The position numbers were made by a program, and so were the translations under genes. DNA of 62,211 bases, counting the filler, from Chiloscyllium plagiosum (taxonomy: Eukaryota), in NCBI RefSeq assembly GCF_004010195.1. It is 3 parts of one record of this genome, joined end to end, with 100 filler letters (N's around TTAATTAATTAA, not from the genome) between each part and the next. Parts side by side here need not be neighbours in the genome. Positions count along the whole stretch, not along the records: positions 1 to 27,666 come from NC_057714.1; 2 more parts are not named here. One strand, written 5' to 3'. The first letter of the stretch is position 1. The number at the start of each line of letters is the position of its first letter. Shown here piece after piece: positions 1 through 12,579 of this stretch. The notes under the pieces were generated by a model, which made no database searches, was not told where the DNA came from, and was given only the letters and a program-made list of their open reading frames with translations.

Positions 1-608
1 CACGGGAAGAGATTATTTTCTATTCTCTCTTTCTGTGCAAGGAAAAATAGTTTGGTAAACTGGGTGGCTGAGGGCCCTCCTGGACTTTCAAATTGGCACA
101 GATTAATTCTGGAATGTATTCCTCTTGACTTCCTTACAAATATGGTGCACCAAAAGACCGAATTATTTAATAAAATATGGCAGCCCTTCTTGAATTATAT
201 GAATACAGATATTTCGGCTATCTTAACAAGGGCTTTTATTTAATTGAGATTGCGAACCTGGCTGGTCCGGGGCCCCTTGGGAGAAAATCCTGCACGAATA
301 CGGGTTTTGTTACATTTGATGTTAACACATTCCGAGCATGTATCTCCCTATCCAATTTCTGTGTTATCCATTGTTCTTTCTTTCTTTCTCTTATTTGAAT
401 AATGTAAGAGACTAAATTATACACTCTGGTTAGTTGTAGGTTAGATTAGTAGTTAGTTGAGTTTTTTTTTCTCTTTCTCTTTTGTTAAATTTTGGTTATT
501 ATTTATTTAAGATTTAATTGTATATCAATGTTTGTACTTGAGAGTTTTGTTTATTTTTGTAAACTTGTAAAAATGTTAAATTTCTAATAAAAATATCTAT
601 AATAAAAA
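1..608 (+). mobile_element. 3' end of an L1/Tx1-type LINE (ORF2 C-terminus, 3' UTR, poly(A) signal and A-rich tail)
   Basis: Frame +1 is open from base 1 to TAA at 241-243 (ARKNSLVNW..PP..W..FNKIWQPF), which resembles L1 ORF2 C-termini. A T-rich UTR follows, ending AATAAAAATATCTATAATAAAAA (586-608). Confidence 0.75.
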
Positions 609-1059
609 GGCAATGGTGAGCTGTCCTCTTGGTTTGTACTGTATCAAATAAGTATTTTTGAAGAAGTTATATCATTTTCTAGGTTTTTGTGATATACTAA
701 TGAAATTCTTCTTTAAAATTGCTCCATAATTGTTTATGGTGGTGGTACTGTGAACTGGTTCCCACAACAGCGTTGAGAAATAGCCCACCTCAAAGGGAAA
801 GCACATATGCTTTACTATTTCAGATAGAGCATGATGGATTGTGATTGTGTTTGGGGCTTTGTTAATTCCCTCATGATTATGCTGCTTCATCAGCCATTAA
901 CACTATGGGGACCTAATCAGTTCAGACAACAGTCAGTGCAGAAAAACCCCTGTCAACAAACTCATTCATGTCATTTTTGGCAAACACTTCTGCAGCAATT
1001 CGAAGAGTTCACTTCCAAGCCACATGTCTTTGAGACTTGGAAAAATATCATGTTCCTTC

Positions 1060-1230
1060 AGTGTCACAGGGTCAAAATCCTGGAATTCCCTCCCTAACAA
1101 TACTGGGTGTCCTCACAACCCAAGGACTGCAGTGATCAAAATAGACAGCCCACCACCACCATCTTCGCCAGGGCAATAATGAATCAGCAATAAATATTGA
1201 TCAAGCCAGCAACACCCATGAACAAAAATT
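1060..1230 (+). mobile_element. Old CR1-like LINE 3' terminal fragment
   Basis: GGGTCAAAATCCTGGAATTCCCTCCCTAACA...GCAATAAAT matches, in reverse complement, the LINE tail at about 33240-33370. Confidence 0.55.
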
Positions 1231-1483
1231 ACTTTGTACAATGCAACTGTGTAGGCAGGATCTTCATATTAAATTCAAGACACAAATTGACTTCTCACTC
1301 TACCTTTATCTCCACCGCTCTTGGAAAGTATATGGTCACTTATCCATTGCAATTCGGTTTAGGATTCCCTTTTGCGGTCAGTAGAAAGTGTGATTCTGTG
1401 TCTTTGGTGGTGATGATGGTATTTCTTAAAGAGGAATCCAGCTCCTGTGCAAGACGACACCCAACAAACTGCTGGATGTATTG

Positions 1484-2106
1484 TGTTATGGGCCAGGCCA
1501 GACCCATCAAAACATTTCAAGAAAGTGACCCAGGCCCTAACTTTCCCAGTTGTTTTAAGCAGGAGTAACACAGTTATTCCAGGAGTGATGCAACTGATCA
1601 AACCACTTAGTTTTAAACAAAACAGAATTTATTTACAAGGTTACCCAATGAAACAAGAACAAAAGAGAAAAGAATACCAAATAACCTCTCTGAAAACCCA
1701 ACTTAATTATGCTGTTCCAAATATTTGCAACAATTGCCATAAACACTCCTTGGCACAAAATGGAAAAATCAAACAGCGTCTTACAGGAGAGATGTCAGAG
1801 AGAGAGGAGGAGGAGGAGGAGGATCAGCCTGGACCCACTTCTTTAACTGCTTGGCTGCTTTCAATGAATGGCCAGAGCAAACCAAACCAGAGAAACGCCA
1901 AGCTGGGAGAACTGACCGCTCCCCTTTCATTGTACAAGTTTTTTTGTAACTTGAAAGTCTTTTGTCTGAGACAGTATCTGTTAGCTATAATCAAATTGGC
2001 CCTAAAACCCATCCAAGTCCAGACTTTTCAGAACCTGTGTTTTTACAAACGCCAGGGAAAAAGATCAAGTACAACATAACCTTGTTAAAGGAGCAGCATC
2101 ATCACA
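1484..2106 (-). mobile_element. Solo LTR (Gypsy-type), copy 1
   Basis: TGTTAT...ATCACA termini; colinear similarity to 30424-31083; AATAAA on the minus strand. No TSD recognisable. Confidence 0.75.
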
Positions 2107-3089
2107 GAAGGTCACAGCGAAGGTCCTCTAGCCTCTCGGTCCAGATCGCATATAACAACCTGGGTGAATATGGAACCAACGAACTCAAGAATTACCCCTT
2201 CCTGCTGTGAAAAATTGTGACGGCGATCTTACAAGAGGATTACAGAGTTGCCAGCTTATGTCAGAGACAAAAAAACTGCAGATGCAGAATCCAAAGTAGA
2301 CAAGCAGGAGACTGGGAGAACACAGCAAATCAGGCAGCATCAGGAGGTGGAGACATCCAACATTTCAGCCATAACTCTTCTTCGGGAATGTCTGTGTTGC
2401 AAGACAACTGGAAGTCGTACCTGCTACAGTAATGTGATGCCATAGCTTTAAAGGAAAATAATTGAGGCTCCCATTCCCTAATATGTGTTAATGAATTGAT
2501 CCATATCCTACTAGAAGATAAATGAGTGGCCTGGAGCCTCTAGCAAGATGATTGCGTGATTAACTCAAATGGAGAAGTAAGTATTTTGTACTCAGTCACA
2601 CTCCGCTTTTTGGATGGAATTTGAGTGAAGCATTTTGTCTCAGTTCATTCTGTTTTTATCATGTACTATTTGTCACAGCTTGCTTGCATTTATGAAAGAC
2701 ATAACTGTTTCCCTAAGAGGGCTTGAGTGGTGCAGTGGTAGTGTCCATATCCTGGACTGGGAGGCATTGGCTCATGTCCCACCTGCTCCAGCGACATGTA
2801 ATAAGATCCCTGAACAGGTTGATGGGAAAAAATATTCCAAATGTGAAAAGTAAAAGCTAACAAATATCTTACTTCAACCTACTACAAGTGAAAAGGTTAT
2901 AATTGGTAAAAATTATGTTACTGGCAGGCACTAGATGCTGCTGCAACACATCTGCAGTTTAAAGTGTCTGAACACCTGATTTTAATTTAACAAGTGGTTG
3001 AACACCTATTCAGATTTCTATGAACCAAATGTTCAGTTGTGCAGTTCCCATGTGATGATTAACAGTCTTCGACACCTAAAAGGGTAATC

Positions 3090-3327
3090 AATCAAAACTT
3101 TGTACAAGTGTAAAATTAGACTCAAGAACAGCTTCCTCCCTGTTGTTATCAGACTTTTGAATGGACCCCTTTAATGTTAATGTTGATCTCCCTCCACACC
3201 TCAGCAGCTGCAACATTGTATTCTGCACTCGGATGCACTTACAGAATATGATCTGCCTGTAAAGCACATAAGGCAACACTTTTCACTGTAACTCTATAAA
3301 TGTGACAATAGTAAATCAAATCAAATC
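3090..3327 (+). mobile_element. Rex1/Babar-like LINE 3' end
   Basis: Encodes ..KNSFLPVVIRLLN, similar to 31605-32075 and 39140-39395; ends in an (AAATC)n tail. Confidence 0.6.
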
Positions 3328-3949
3328 TATCATCGCTAGGTAACCACAACAAAAGTGAGGGTTTAACAGCAGGCACTATATCCACATATTACCAAGGAAA
3401 TCCATCACTGTGAGGGAGAATTTGATCTGTGTTAAATGTAATAAAATGAGAAACATTTCTAAATATAACTTTTAAAGTTGATTTTCCTAAAAATATTGGA
3501 CGGAGGAAGTTACTCATTACTTATAACTGAGTACTTAAGGGGTCATTTCTCCAGAAATGTGCTTATTTAATTTTTATATATTTGGGAGGAAACATTCAGA
3601 GCAGCCGCAGATATGAGAAAATGAATCATTGAAATCTATGATTTATGGTCTCTATAAAATATTAACATGAACTCGGAAATGTTAGCTTAAATCTACCTTC
3701 ACACTGGCTTTACTTCTTTACCAGCTACAGTCTTGATCCAAGGTTGTGTATGGTTGTTCAGTAATAGTGGTTAAATTTCCTCAGTGCAATAATTCCTAAT
3801 ATTCTTAAAAATTCCTAATATTCTTAAAAATTGGGTTTAAAGTTTTGTTAGGTTTAACACAGACCAAAGAATGCTATGGTGATAGTCAATAGTGACTGCT
3901 GTTAAATCTTTCTTTTTTTTTTCAAAGTTAATCTAATGGATTTTAAAAT

Positions 3950-4285
3950 TCTTTTCCTTGTTTTCAAATCCATGACCCCACCATCCTCCACCTCTATAAT
4001 TTCCTCAGACTCCACTGCGCAGATATCTCTACTTTGCTAATTCTGGCCTCTTGAGCATTCTCGTTACTAATCACTCCACCTATTAGTGACTGTGCCATTA
4101 CCTAGTTAGAAGCCAAGTACCAACATTCCCTCACGAAACCTTCCCATCCTCATTTCAGACACTCCTTAATACTTCTCACCGGTCATCTACGGTAATATGT
4201 GGTTCTGTGCTCAAGAATGATCCTACCAAGTTCCCTGGGCTGTTTTATCAAGTTAAAGCTATTATATAAATACAAGTTGCTCTTG
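3950..4285 (+). mobile_element. L2-like LINE 3' end remnant
   Basis: CTTGTTTTCAAATCC...CTGGCCTCTTGAGCATT...GCTATTATATAAATACAAGTTG tail; a related tail lies at about 50390-50585. Confidence 0.5.
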
Positions 4286-5947
4286 TTTCACCATTTGATA
4301 CAAAAGAACCAATGAGTTGGGAGGCTTAGAATGTGTCCTTGTCAAAGATCATAGGTAGTTTTACCGAAAGTAGGATTCAACAGCAGCAAGTGTCTTTTCT
4401 CTACAGGAACTATAATTTCAGGAAGTGATTGCCTCAAAAATAATCCACTCTATTCATCCAAGCATCCAGGCTTAGATGGCTTTCGCAATGCAAGTGGGCC
4501 AAAACCTTTGGGAGGTGAATCTATTCCACTCTTCATTTTTTATAAACACAGTAAGAAGAGGGAAAACAACACTTGGAAATGAAAGCATGAAGAAGTGAAT
4601 GGAAAGTCATCAAATTAATTCCTAAACTAGGCAAGGTAAAACAGGATAAATGATTGAATAAATTTACACTTTTGAGCTTGAACCCTTGTTCTGTGGAGAA
4701 GTCAGTCACAGGTGTGTACCTTGTCAGGGCAGCCTCAAACTATCACCCCAATAAGTGATAAAGGTCTATCAAAATATTTCCTTGCTGACACTTTTGATGC
4801 TTATAATATTTTATTATAGCAAAGCATTACAAATATCTGAAAACAATAAAACATTTTAAAATCCTTTTGTTACAATATATTGTTTAAGCTACGGTGTCGA
4901 TGTTATAAATAGCATAAAACAGGTTATACTTGTCATTTGGTAACAGCGACATTGTATTGATACATTATATATAGTTCATTTAAAAAATGGAATAAAGGCA
5001 CCTTTAAATGTTATCAAACATTCACTGCTCACTTTAGGCAAAAGGATTTTAAATGGAAACATGCATATGATTCTTTTTAGTTTTAATAGATAATATTAAA
5101 TGTGGTCACATTAAATGTGGTCTTAACTAAAATACATGTGCACTAACTTGCACTGAGCTTAGGCTCAGTGGCAACCAAAACGAAACTCCATTTTGAAAAA
5201 GTTTCATTGTTATATCCCCCTTTCCAGGACACCTTCCTGGTAATTGTCTGTGATTACATATTCATCTCATCAGCACCTGTGTTAACTATGATCTTGAGAG
5301 TATACCATGTGGATATTAGCACTAAGCATATTTATTTGTTTCCATGTTCCACTTTTTAATTTAGTATGAACTGACAAATTCATTAAAGAAAATGAACAAG
5401 GAAGCTGTAAATGGACACAATAAACATACAAATAAACTAATATGCAGACAGAAAATTTCAAAACCAACGTACATCCAGCCTTTTGTGGATATCTTTAAAA
5501 AAATTACTTTCCTATTACACCCTACAGCAAGTAGTAAAACTACGAGATTAATCACAAAACCAATAGGCTTATAGTTCTGGTTTCCACTGGCTTCGTATAC
5601 ATGTCGATGTGTTGGAGTGAAAAATCACCCTGACTTGCTATCTGCAGCAAGACTAAATATATTCAGAGAGATCACACACGCAATTTTGCTCCATATAGTA
5701 ATCAGTTTTTTTCCTCTATGAGAGTGATCAGTTGGCAGTGCCAACTGAAAATAATTTTCCCACAGAATATTTGGTAGAGAGCCAAATGCCAAACAAATGA
5801 CAATGTGCATCAACACATCAGGGATAAATAGTAATGCAAAAATATCCCTATGGACAGGCTATAGCTGGGTTTACAACGTTGCTTACAGCAGAGGATGAAA
5901 CATCACTTATATTGCCATAAATTCGTTTCAGCCTGTGGTCAACTGTT

Positions 5948-5953
5948 TTTATT
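5948..5953 (-). promoter_or_regulatory. Candidate poly(A) signal of the uncharacterised TNFR/C1q-like gene
   Basis: First canonical minus-strand AATAAA I found downstream of the stop codon at 6798. Alternatives lie at about 5331 and 4810. Confidence 0.25.
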
Positions 5954-6797
5954 GCTAGCACTTGAAGAGGTAGAAACTATAATTTTTTCCCAGTAGCTGA
6001 GAATTTCAGCACAGCCCTAGGGGTCATCTCCCATCAATAAAGGATGAGAAACAATTGAAGCACAGTCTACACCACACAAAACCACTCGCTGCTTATAGAT
6101 TGCCCAAAATGAGATAATCAGTATCTATTAGCACCAATCTGAAAACTGCTCCTTAGAATGTAAGATTTCAGTTTTTTTTCAGGTTCTGGCAGCTAGTTAA
6201 AGTTTGTTAAGTGACTGAAATGCAAAAGAAGATGTTAAGTCAAAACATCTTCGTATTCAATCATCTTCTATCTCTTTACGTTTTACTAATGAATGGTAGC
6301 AGGGTGGTGATCGTGGTTAAAACTTTGAACTGAAGTTTAAATAAAACTTTGGTCAGAGAGGAACTGAAAATGATTAGGCAAAAGTTTGCTTAAATAGAAG
6401 CCACATTCTTGTCATAGTGTGATAGCAAACTACATTACAAAACCACCAGATAATGTTCAATCATAGACGGTGAGGTTCTCCCAGAAGAACTATTTACTGC
6501 ATTGCAATGCTGGATCCAAGACAACGTAATGTAAAGCAGCAGTTACAATGACCATTAGAAATCTTGCAGTGTGCACAGAGTCAGTTTGGATTTTTGTTTT
6601 TTGTTTTCCACTTCTTTCCATTTGTCTAGCTTAATGCACAGCCTTGGTGGTGGGGTGTTATTGGAAGGCAGGGGTGAACAACATTTCTATTGGTTGCACT
6701 GTTTTCAATTATAGATCCCCCCCACTTCAAAGATCACCATAATGAACTGCAAAACCTACAATAGGAGTCCATTATCTGAAACTCTTCATTCAATAAC

Positions 6798-8332
6798 TCA
6801 GGATGAAATCCATAAAACAGAAAGGTGAGTCCCATGCCTGTGTGAAATCTGATTAATCCGTCCTCGCACACAGTCCAGGGAAATGGCAGCCATTGTGCCA
6901 TTCTGAACAGCAAATGAAGTACTTAGACCAATGCTAGTCCATTGGCTACCTGCAGGCATCTGACCCCCAATTTGGCGTGAAACAACAGATGGCTGAACGT
7001 GGTTGTTCTGTAATCGGTTCAGAGTGACTTTGACGATATCACAAGAATGAATCAGTTTGACATTGAATGCAAGGCTGGCCACTCCACTCTGCCGGAACAA
7101 GACATACTTGCATGCAAACTGCCCAGAAGTCACCAGCACAATCTGATTCTGTTCTACCACTGGCGAAACACCCTGGAAACTGAGCAACTTATTCCTCACT
7201 GCTCCGGTCGGTAATGCAGATGCCGAAACTGAAAGGGAAAGAGCTGATGAAATTGCAGAAGGGATCCAAATCAGGCTGAAAACACTGATCCCAGAAGAGT
7301 CACCAAAGTAACGCACACTGCATTGTGCAGGAGAGTGGATCTGAAAGCTGATGGTGTCTCCGCCGTTTACCATAGCAGCTCCAGAGGCAGAAATGGAAGT
7401 ATCCCGGTAGTTGACACCAGATTTATAAACTTGCATTAACTCTTCATTTGTCCCATTCCTGTTAATATAGGAAAGTAATGTAAAGCCTTCACAAATGCAC
7501 GTGTGACCCATTGCATATAGAGCCTGGTGATACACAAATTTTATGACCCCTTGCTCAGTAAATCTCACAGCCCTGCCATCGTGGAACAAAGTGATCATGT
7601 AGGGATCAGAGATGGAAATGACCTTGAAGACAGGCCGATAGTTGGTCTGGTAGTGAACAGAGCTTGCCATGTGCGCACTCATGGCCACTGCTCCTGTGTC
7701 ATGTGATAACCAGAAAAAACTGAATGGGTTCTGAAGGGGATAGAAGTTAAGGTCATTGCTTTGGTTGCAGAACTGATTGGGGCTTTTCATGAAGATTTGG
7801 AGCATGTGGCTAGGCTCCACCTCAGCTGAGCCACTCACACTGCTACTTTGATAGTATTTCCCCTCGGGTTGTTCAACACGGACACCACTGAGATCACAAC
7901 CTTTCTCCTCCTCTTCCTCCTTGTTCAGTCTTAATGAAACTTGGAGAAAATTCCTGCAGTCGTGTTTGACAGCAAAATTGTAATCAACCCAGATCAGTCC
8001 ATGCTGCCTGAAGACCAACCTGCCGTCCTCACTGGTAACCAGGCCAGTCTGAGGCTTTCCCTTTAAGGGGAGTTTCAAGCCCAAGTGAACTGGGCTTTGT
8101 CCGGATTTTAGTGACGGAGCTTCGGTGTTTGTTGACCATGATTCCGAGAGATGATTTTCAGGTGACTGGATGCAAACAGTATCACTCTGCAGGGAGCACT
8201 GGAAAGCTACCATGCCTTCATGACACAATGAACAGGCCTGGCATTCATGCATTTCTTTATTGAAGAAGTAGTCATGCCCACAAAATCCTGAGGCTGCGTC
8301 CCAGTCAGCAATGCCCAGACACCGGAATCCAC
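6798..8332 (-). CDS. Uncharacterised secreted protein, last exon: end of cbEGF, TNFR-Cys repeat 2, three tandem C1q/TNF-like repeats, stop
   Basis: Acceptor ttttctgctgttttgaacag|GT at 8333/8332, phase 1. Reads GGFRCLGIADWDAASGFCGHDYFFNKEMHECQACSLC.. into the 484-aa ORF 8252-6798. No stops over 1535 nt until TGA. Confidence 0.92.
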
Positions 8333-8426
8333 CTGTTCAAAACAGCAGAAAAGAGACTGGCTGAAATGCCCTTGACTAGGTTTCGCACTTGTCACTTTGC
8401 AATGAACAGAAATTATCTGGACCTAC

Positions 8427-8493
8427 CTGGAGTGTTAAGACATTTTATCTGATCGCCACAAAGATCGGCTGACTCCAGACACTCATCTTTGTC
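8427..8493 (-). CDS. Uncharacterised secreted protein, 67-nt exon encoding the N-terminal part of a calcium-binding EGF module
   Basis: ttgccttcaattcag|GAC AAA GAT GAG TGT...AAC ACT CCA G|gtaggt gives DKDECLESADLCGDQIKCLNTP(G). Phase 0 in and phase 1 out match both neighbouring exons; a 94-nt intron follows. Confidence 0.9.
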
Positions 8494-8654
8494 CTGAATT
8501 GAAGGCAAGATGTATAGTAAGTCATTATCTCTGCAAGTAATTTAGCACAATGATCTTATCAATGCTGTGACATTCCATGAGATGCTATCATGGATTTATG
8601 GAGATAAGAAACATGCTTCCTGCAATAGCATGAGCCAAAGTTATTCAAGTTTGT

Positions 8655-8825
8655 AAAAATAAAAAGTGCTACAGAAACTTAGCAGGTCTGGCAGTATTTG
8701 TAGAGACGGAAACTGAGTTAACGTCTCAAATCTGATAGGACTCCTTTTTAGCTGTGGTCAGATCTGCTGAGTTTCTCCAGCATGTTCTGTTTTATTTCAG
8801 ATTTTACAGCATCCACAGTATTTTG
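8655..8825. mobile_element. Old Penelope-terminus fold-back remnant
   Basis: GAAACTTAGCAGGTCTGGC...CAGATCTGCTGAGTTTC inverted arms; same family as 46703-46918 and 58810-59010. Confidence 0.5.
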
Positions 8826-9394
8826 ATATTAGTTAAATAAATGCCAACTTTTGCAGGAACCTTAAAATAGCAGCATTGCATTAACAAATCGTGGCCATGC
8901 AGGTACTTATAAATCATTCTAAGGTCACTGAGGCATTGAAGCGGACCCCAAATTAAAAGTAGGTCCAGCAGAGAAGACACCATGCTATCCAACCTGCTGA
9001 AAGAGCTGAAAACAAATTAGTCCCACTCTACTGAGGTTTCAACACAGACCTGTAATTTTTTAAAAATCAATTACTAAAGCAATTTCCTTTTAAATATTAA
9101 TAATGAATCTCCTTCCACCATCATTTCAGACAATGCATCATTGAGAATTTTTTCCTCACGTTGCCTCTGTAACTTTACCTTAAAACGGTGTCCAATGCTT
9201 CTGTTACTAGAGACATTTGAGCCAACTTCTTAGGTACTTAAATCCCAACTTCACCTTCTCCATTCTGTACACTATCAACATTGGTTCCATCATTGAAAGT
9301 ACTGCTGGCAGGGGGGGGGGGGGCACATTCTTTAATGGGGGACGCCTAACCAAATTAAGCACTTATCGGTCTTAATTTACAAACAGGAGACAGA

Positions 9395-9513
9395 GAGGTC
9401 TGCAGATGCTGGAGATCAGAGTTGAGAGTTTGTTGCTGGAAAAAGCACAGCAGGTCAGGCAGCATCCGAGCAGGAAAATCAACATTTTTGGCCGGACTCC
9501 TTCATCAGGAATT
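9395..9513 (-). mobile_element. Penelope-like terminal repeat fragment with decayed hammerhead core
   Basis: Matches the repeat at 18259-18460, 33749-33942 and 60100-60309. Minus strand reads CTGATGAAGGAGTCCGGCCAAAAATGTT, so the GAAA box is mutated. Confidence 0.7.
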
Positions 9514-10033
9514 ATTTACAAACAATTTACAAACTTAATTTGCAAACAATATTGTGCCAATTTTAGGAGTGGAAACACTGCAGACATTGGTAAGGGTAGG
9601 ATTACAATGACAAGAAGATATCGGAGCTGTATTCCCACTCATCACCATCTTAAGCTGCCCACATTCAGGTATGGGAATGCTCCCTGCCCCAGAACTATGA
9701 GCTCATTTCAGTGATAAAGTTGCATCCTAATGACATTATGTGTACACCATTTCAACCCTAGGCTATATAGTTTTCAAACCCCTGCTGGTGAAAACTGCAA
9801 TCAGCAAAGATTCAGGAAGTATAGGCAATTACTTCTGAAGCAAGAACATTCTGTGTGTCCATAGGGATACATTGGGCTGCACCTGCCTCCAGCTTTGCAC
9901 CCTGTTTTTTAAATTCTTTCATGGCATTTGGGCAAGGCCAACATTTATTGTCCACTCTTAACTGCTGTCAACAAGCTGGACATGTGCCACCTTAAAATTC
10001 TGCAATCCATTTGATGCTGTTCTACCTAGAGTG

Positions 10034-11112
10034 CTGTTACAAATGGATGTGATTCCCTGTAAAGGTGTATCCAAATTATAGGTTTAATCATGGACAGCAT
10101 TCAGTATACAATCTCCTGAAACTGTCTTTTATTTAAAAGTGAATTTGAACAGAATGCTAGGATGACTGCCAAAGGTCAGGCAAAATTTCTGCCTCAGGTG
10201 ACAAGAATGTTTCTGGTCGGATAACGTTATGTGGGGGCCAATCCCTTCAATGGACACACCCAAAGGAAAGCAATCAATGTGATTTATGTTTGCGTTTTCC
10301 TTGCGCTTTCCTGAAACTCAAAATCTATAAATTCCGTGATCCACCATCTCAGAGCACAATATTTAGTAAATGATGCCTTTAGAAACCAGTTCATCATGAC
10401 TTAGTGTGAATGGCAATCCTTTATAGCCTAGCAATGGCTTTGGGCATCCAAACCGATCTGCGCGGTCATTAGCAATTGATCATGTGACTGTAGAGGGTGA
10501 GAGAAGAAAAAATAGAGAGTTTATACAGAACATCAGCACCAGAAATGGCCTAACTTTTTAAAATGTTGCATCTTAAAATTCTCTCAACCTGCTCCTACTG
10601 TAAGTCAATCTTAAAGAAACAACCTCCTGGTAAGAAGACCACAAGTATCCAACCTCTGAACTTGCTAGAAAAGTCCATATCTTCAAAAGAATCCGGTGAT
10701 AATTTGAATATACACCTGTGACTAATATAATCGAGACTAACCCTTTAGGAGTGAAAATGCTCTCGTCAACAGACTTGCAATGATTAATTATTCATATGAT
10801 GAGCCAAAGGTATAACGATAACCTACTTTTTGTTACAATTTTTTATTACATCACCCTTTCTAACTTTTTTTCTCTCGAGTATGTGCAGCTAAGCAAGTGT
10901 TGAGCAACTGACATAGCACTGGATTTTCAGGATGAATATATGAATAAACAATCCTCTATTTAAACTCATTAAAGATTCCAACTGGTTTAATAAATGAGCA
11001 CACGGTCAGGGGTTGAGAAACATATACATTTTCCTTTCCCAAAACACATTAGTTATAGACTGAAAGGGTAGGGGTACAAGGGTCGGAGTTTCTCTTGTCC
11101 CTGCCTGTAAAA
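10034..11112. mobile_element. Possible solo LTR or other insertion splitting an old LINE tail
   Basis: The LINE tail at 9905-10038 resumes at about 11113. The insert begins TGTTAC and ends GTAAAA (degenerate GTAACA). No clean TSD. Confidence 0.35.
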
Positions 11113-12579
11113 GAGTTTCAAGATTTCCAATCAATGACAATGAAGGAATCGTCATATACTTCCAAGTCAGGATGGTGTGCAAATTGAAAGGAACCCTTCA
11201 GTAATCATGCCTCCTTTTCCCCCAAATCATTTTGTACCTTGCTAGGAACTTTTTTTAGTGCCCCTGAGGATGGATGTCACTATCTCCACCCCAATATTTA
11301 CTTCCTCCTGCTGGCAGAGACATTATTCTTCCGATATTTGGTGTGAGGCATCAACGGCATGTGCAAGTATGGCCCAGAGTTAAAACCTCCTAGGCCTTGA
11401 ATTCAAAAGGTAGGCCAGATGGATTGTTGGTCCTTTCAGATGGGTTTAACCCTATGAATGAAAGCAATGTCACGGTGCAACTATCCTGCTTTTATCCTCA
11501 AGCCTGGAAAACATCTTGATACAGGGCTGTCAGTGAAGTCAAATCTCAAACTCATGCTGACTCCCTCTGAAGTACTTGTTTTCTAACAGATTCTTTCACC
11601 TCCAGGTCAAAGTAAATCTGCAAGGATTGGCGAGCAGCCTAGTACTGGAATACACTTTACTGATAATGACTTTCCGTTTCAAAGGAAACTGGCAACATTG
11701 CCTGAAGAATTAATCAATCCAATTTTGACCTGTTAAGGGAGTATTTTCCACCCATGACAAAATTGGATGACAAACTTAAATAGTCAAAGAACACTCCAGG
11801 CAGGCAGGTGTAGATTTCGTTATGTCAAAGGAAGTTTATTACGTGTCAAGTTTAAGACACCTTGACAGCACTGACTTGCAATTTTAATTGTTTCTAGACA
11901 CTATAATTCACTACAAATTCAGATGAAAAAAAAATAAAAACCTAGAAATTTGGCAGCTCTCACTTATCACACAGTTTGCTAACACCTCCAGTGGCCATGA
12001 GCAAAGTGACATATCGCTGCAGCCTGCACTATTCACATTGTTTGATGTTGGTCTCACAACACTAGTCAATCTCAAGGGATGTAGATAGTGCATTTAAGGA
12101 GGAAGCACTGAACGAATAAGGACTATATTTGTATGAGAAGGATCCAGTGGTGATGGCTAGAAAAGGTGCAGAGACATAATTACCTCGTTTCTGAACCAGA
12201 GCCTGTCAAGACAGTTGCTGTTAGGAGTTGGGGCTGGGCCTGGTAATAATATTGGGGTGCGTGATAGCATAACAGCTATGGAGCACAGAAGAAACCCAGA
12301 AATAATGTTTTTATATCTGCAGAACAAATTATGAAGCTGAATTTAAACTGTAAACTACCAGGAATAATATAATCATGATAACTGTTGTATTAACAGTCAT
12401 AATATGGAACAGAACCTAACACCTTGGATTAGCCTACATATGGCTTCAGTCCCAAACTGTGTGGCTCATTCTTAACTCCTCTTGGGTAAACAGGAATCAG
12501 CAGTCAACACAAGCCAGCTCACAAGTTTTTTTTTGAAAGATTAATTTATTTCATTCATAACGTCCATGATAACTGTATT

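Noticed and set aside
1447..2079. 210-aa ORF as a host gene
   Set aside because: It lies almost entirely within a solo LTR. The second LTR copy (30424-31083) does not keep the frame open, and there are no domain features.
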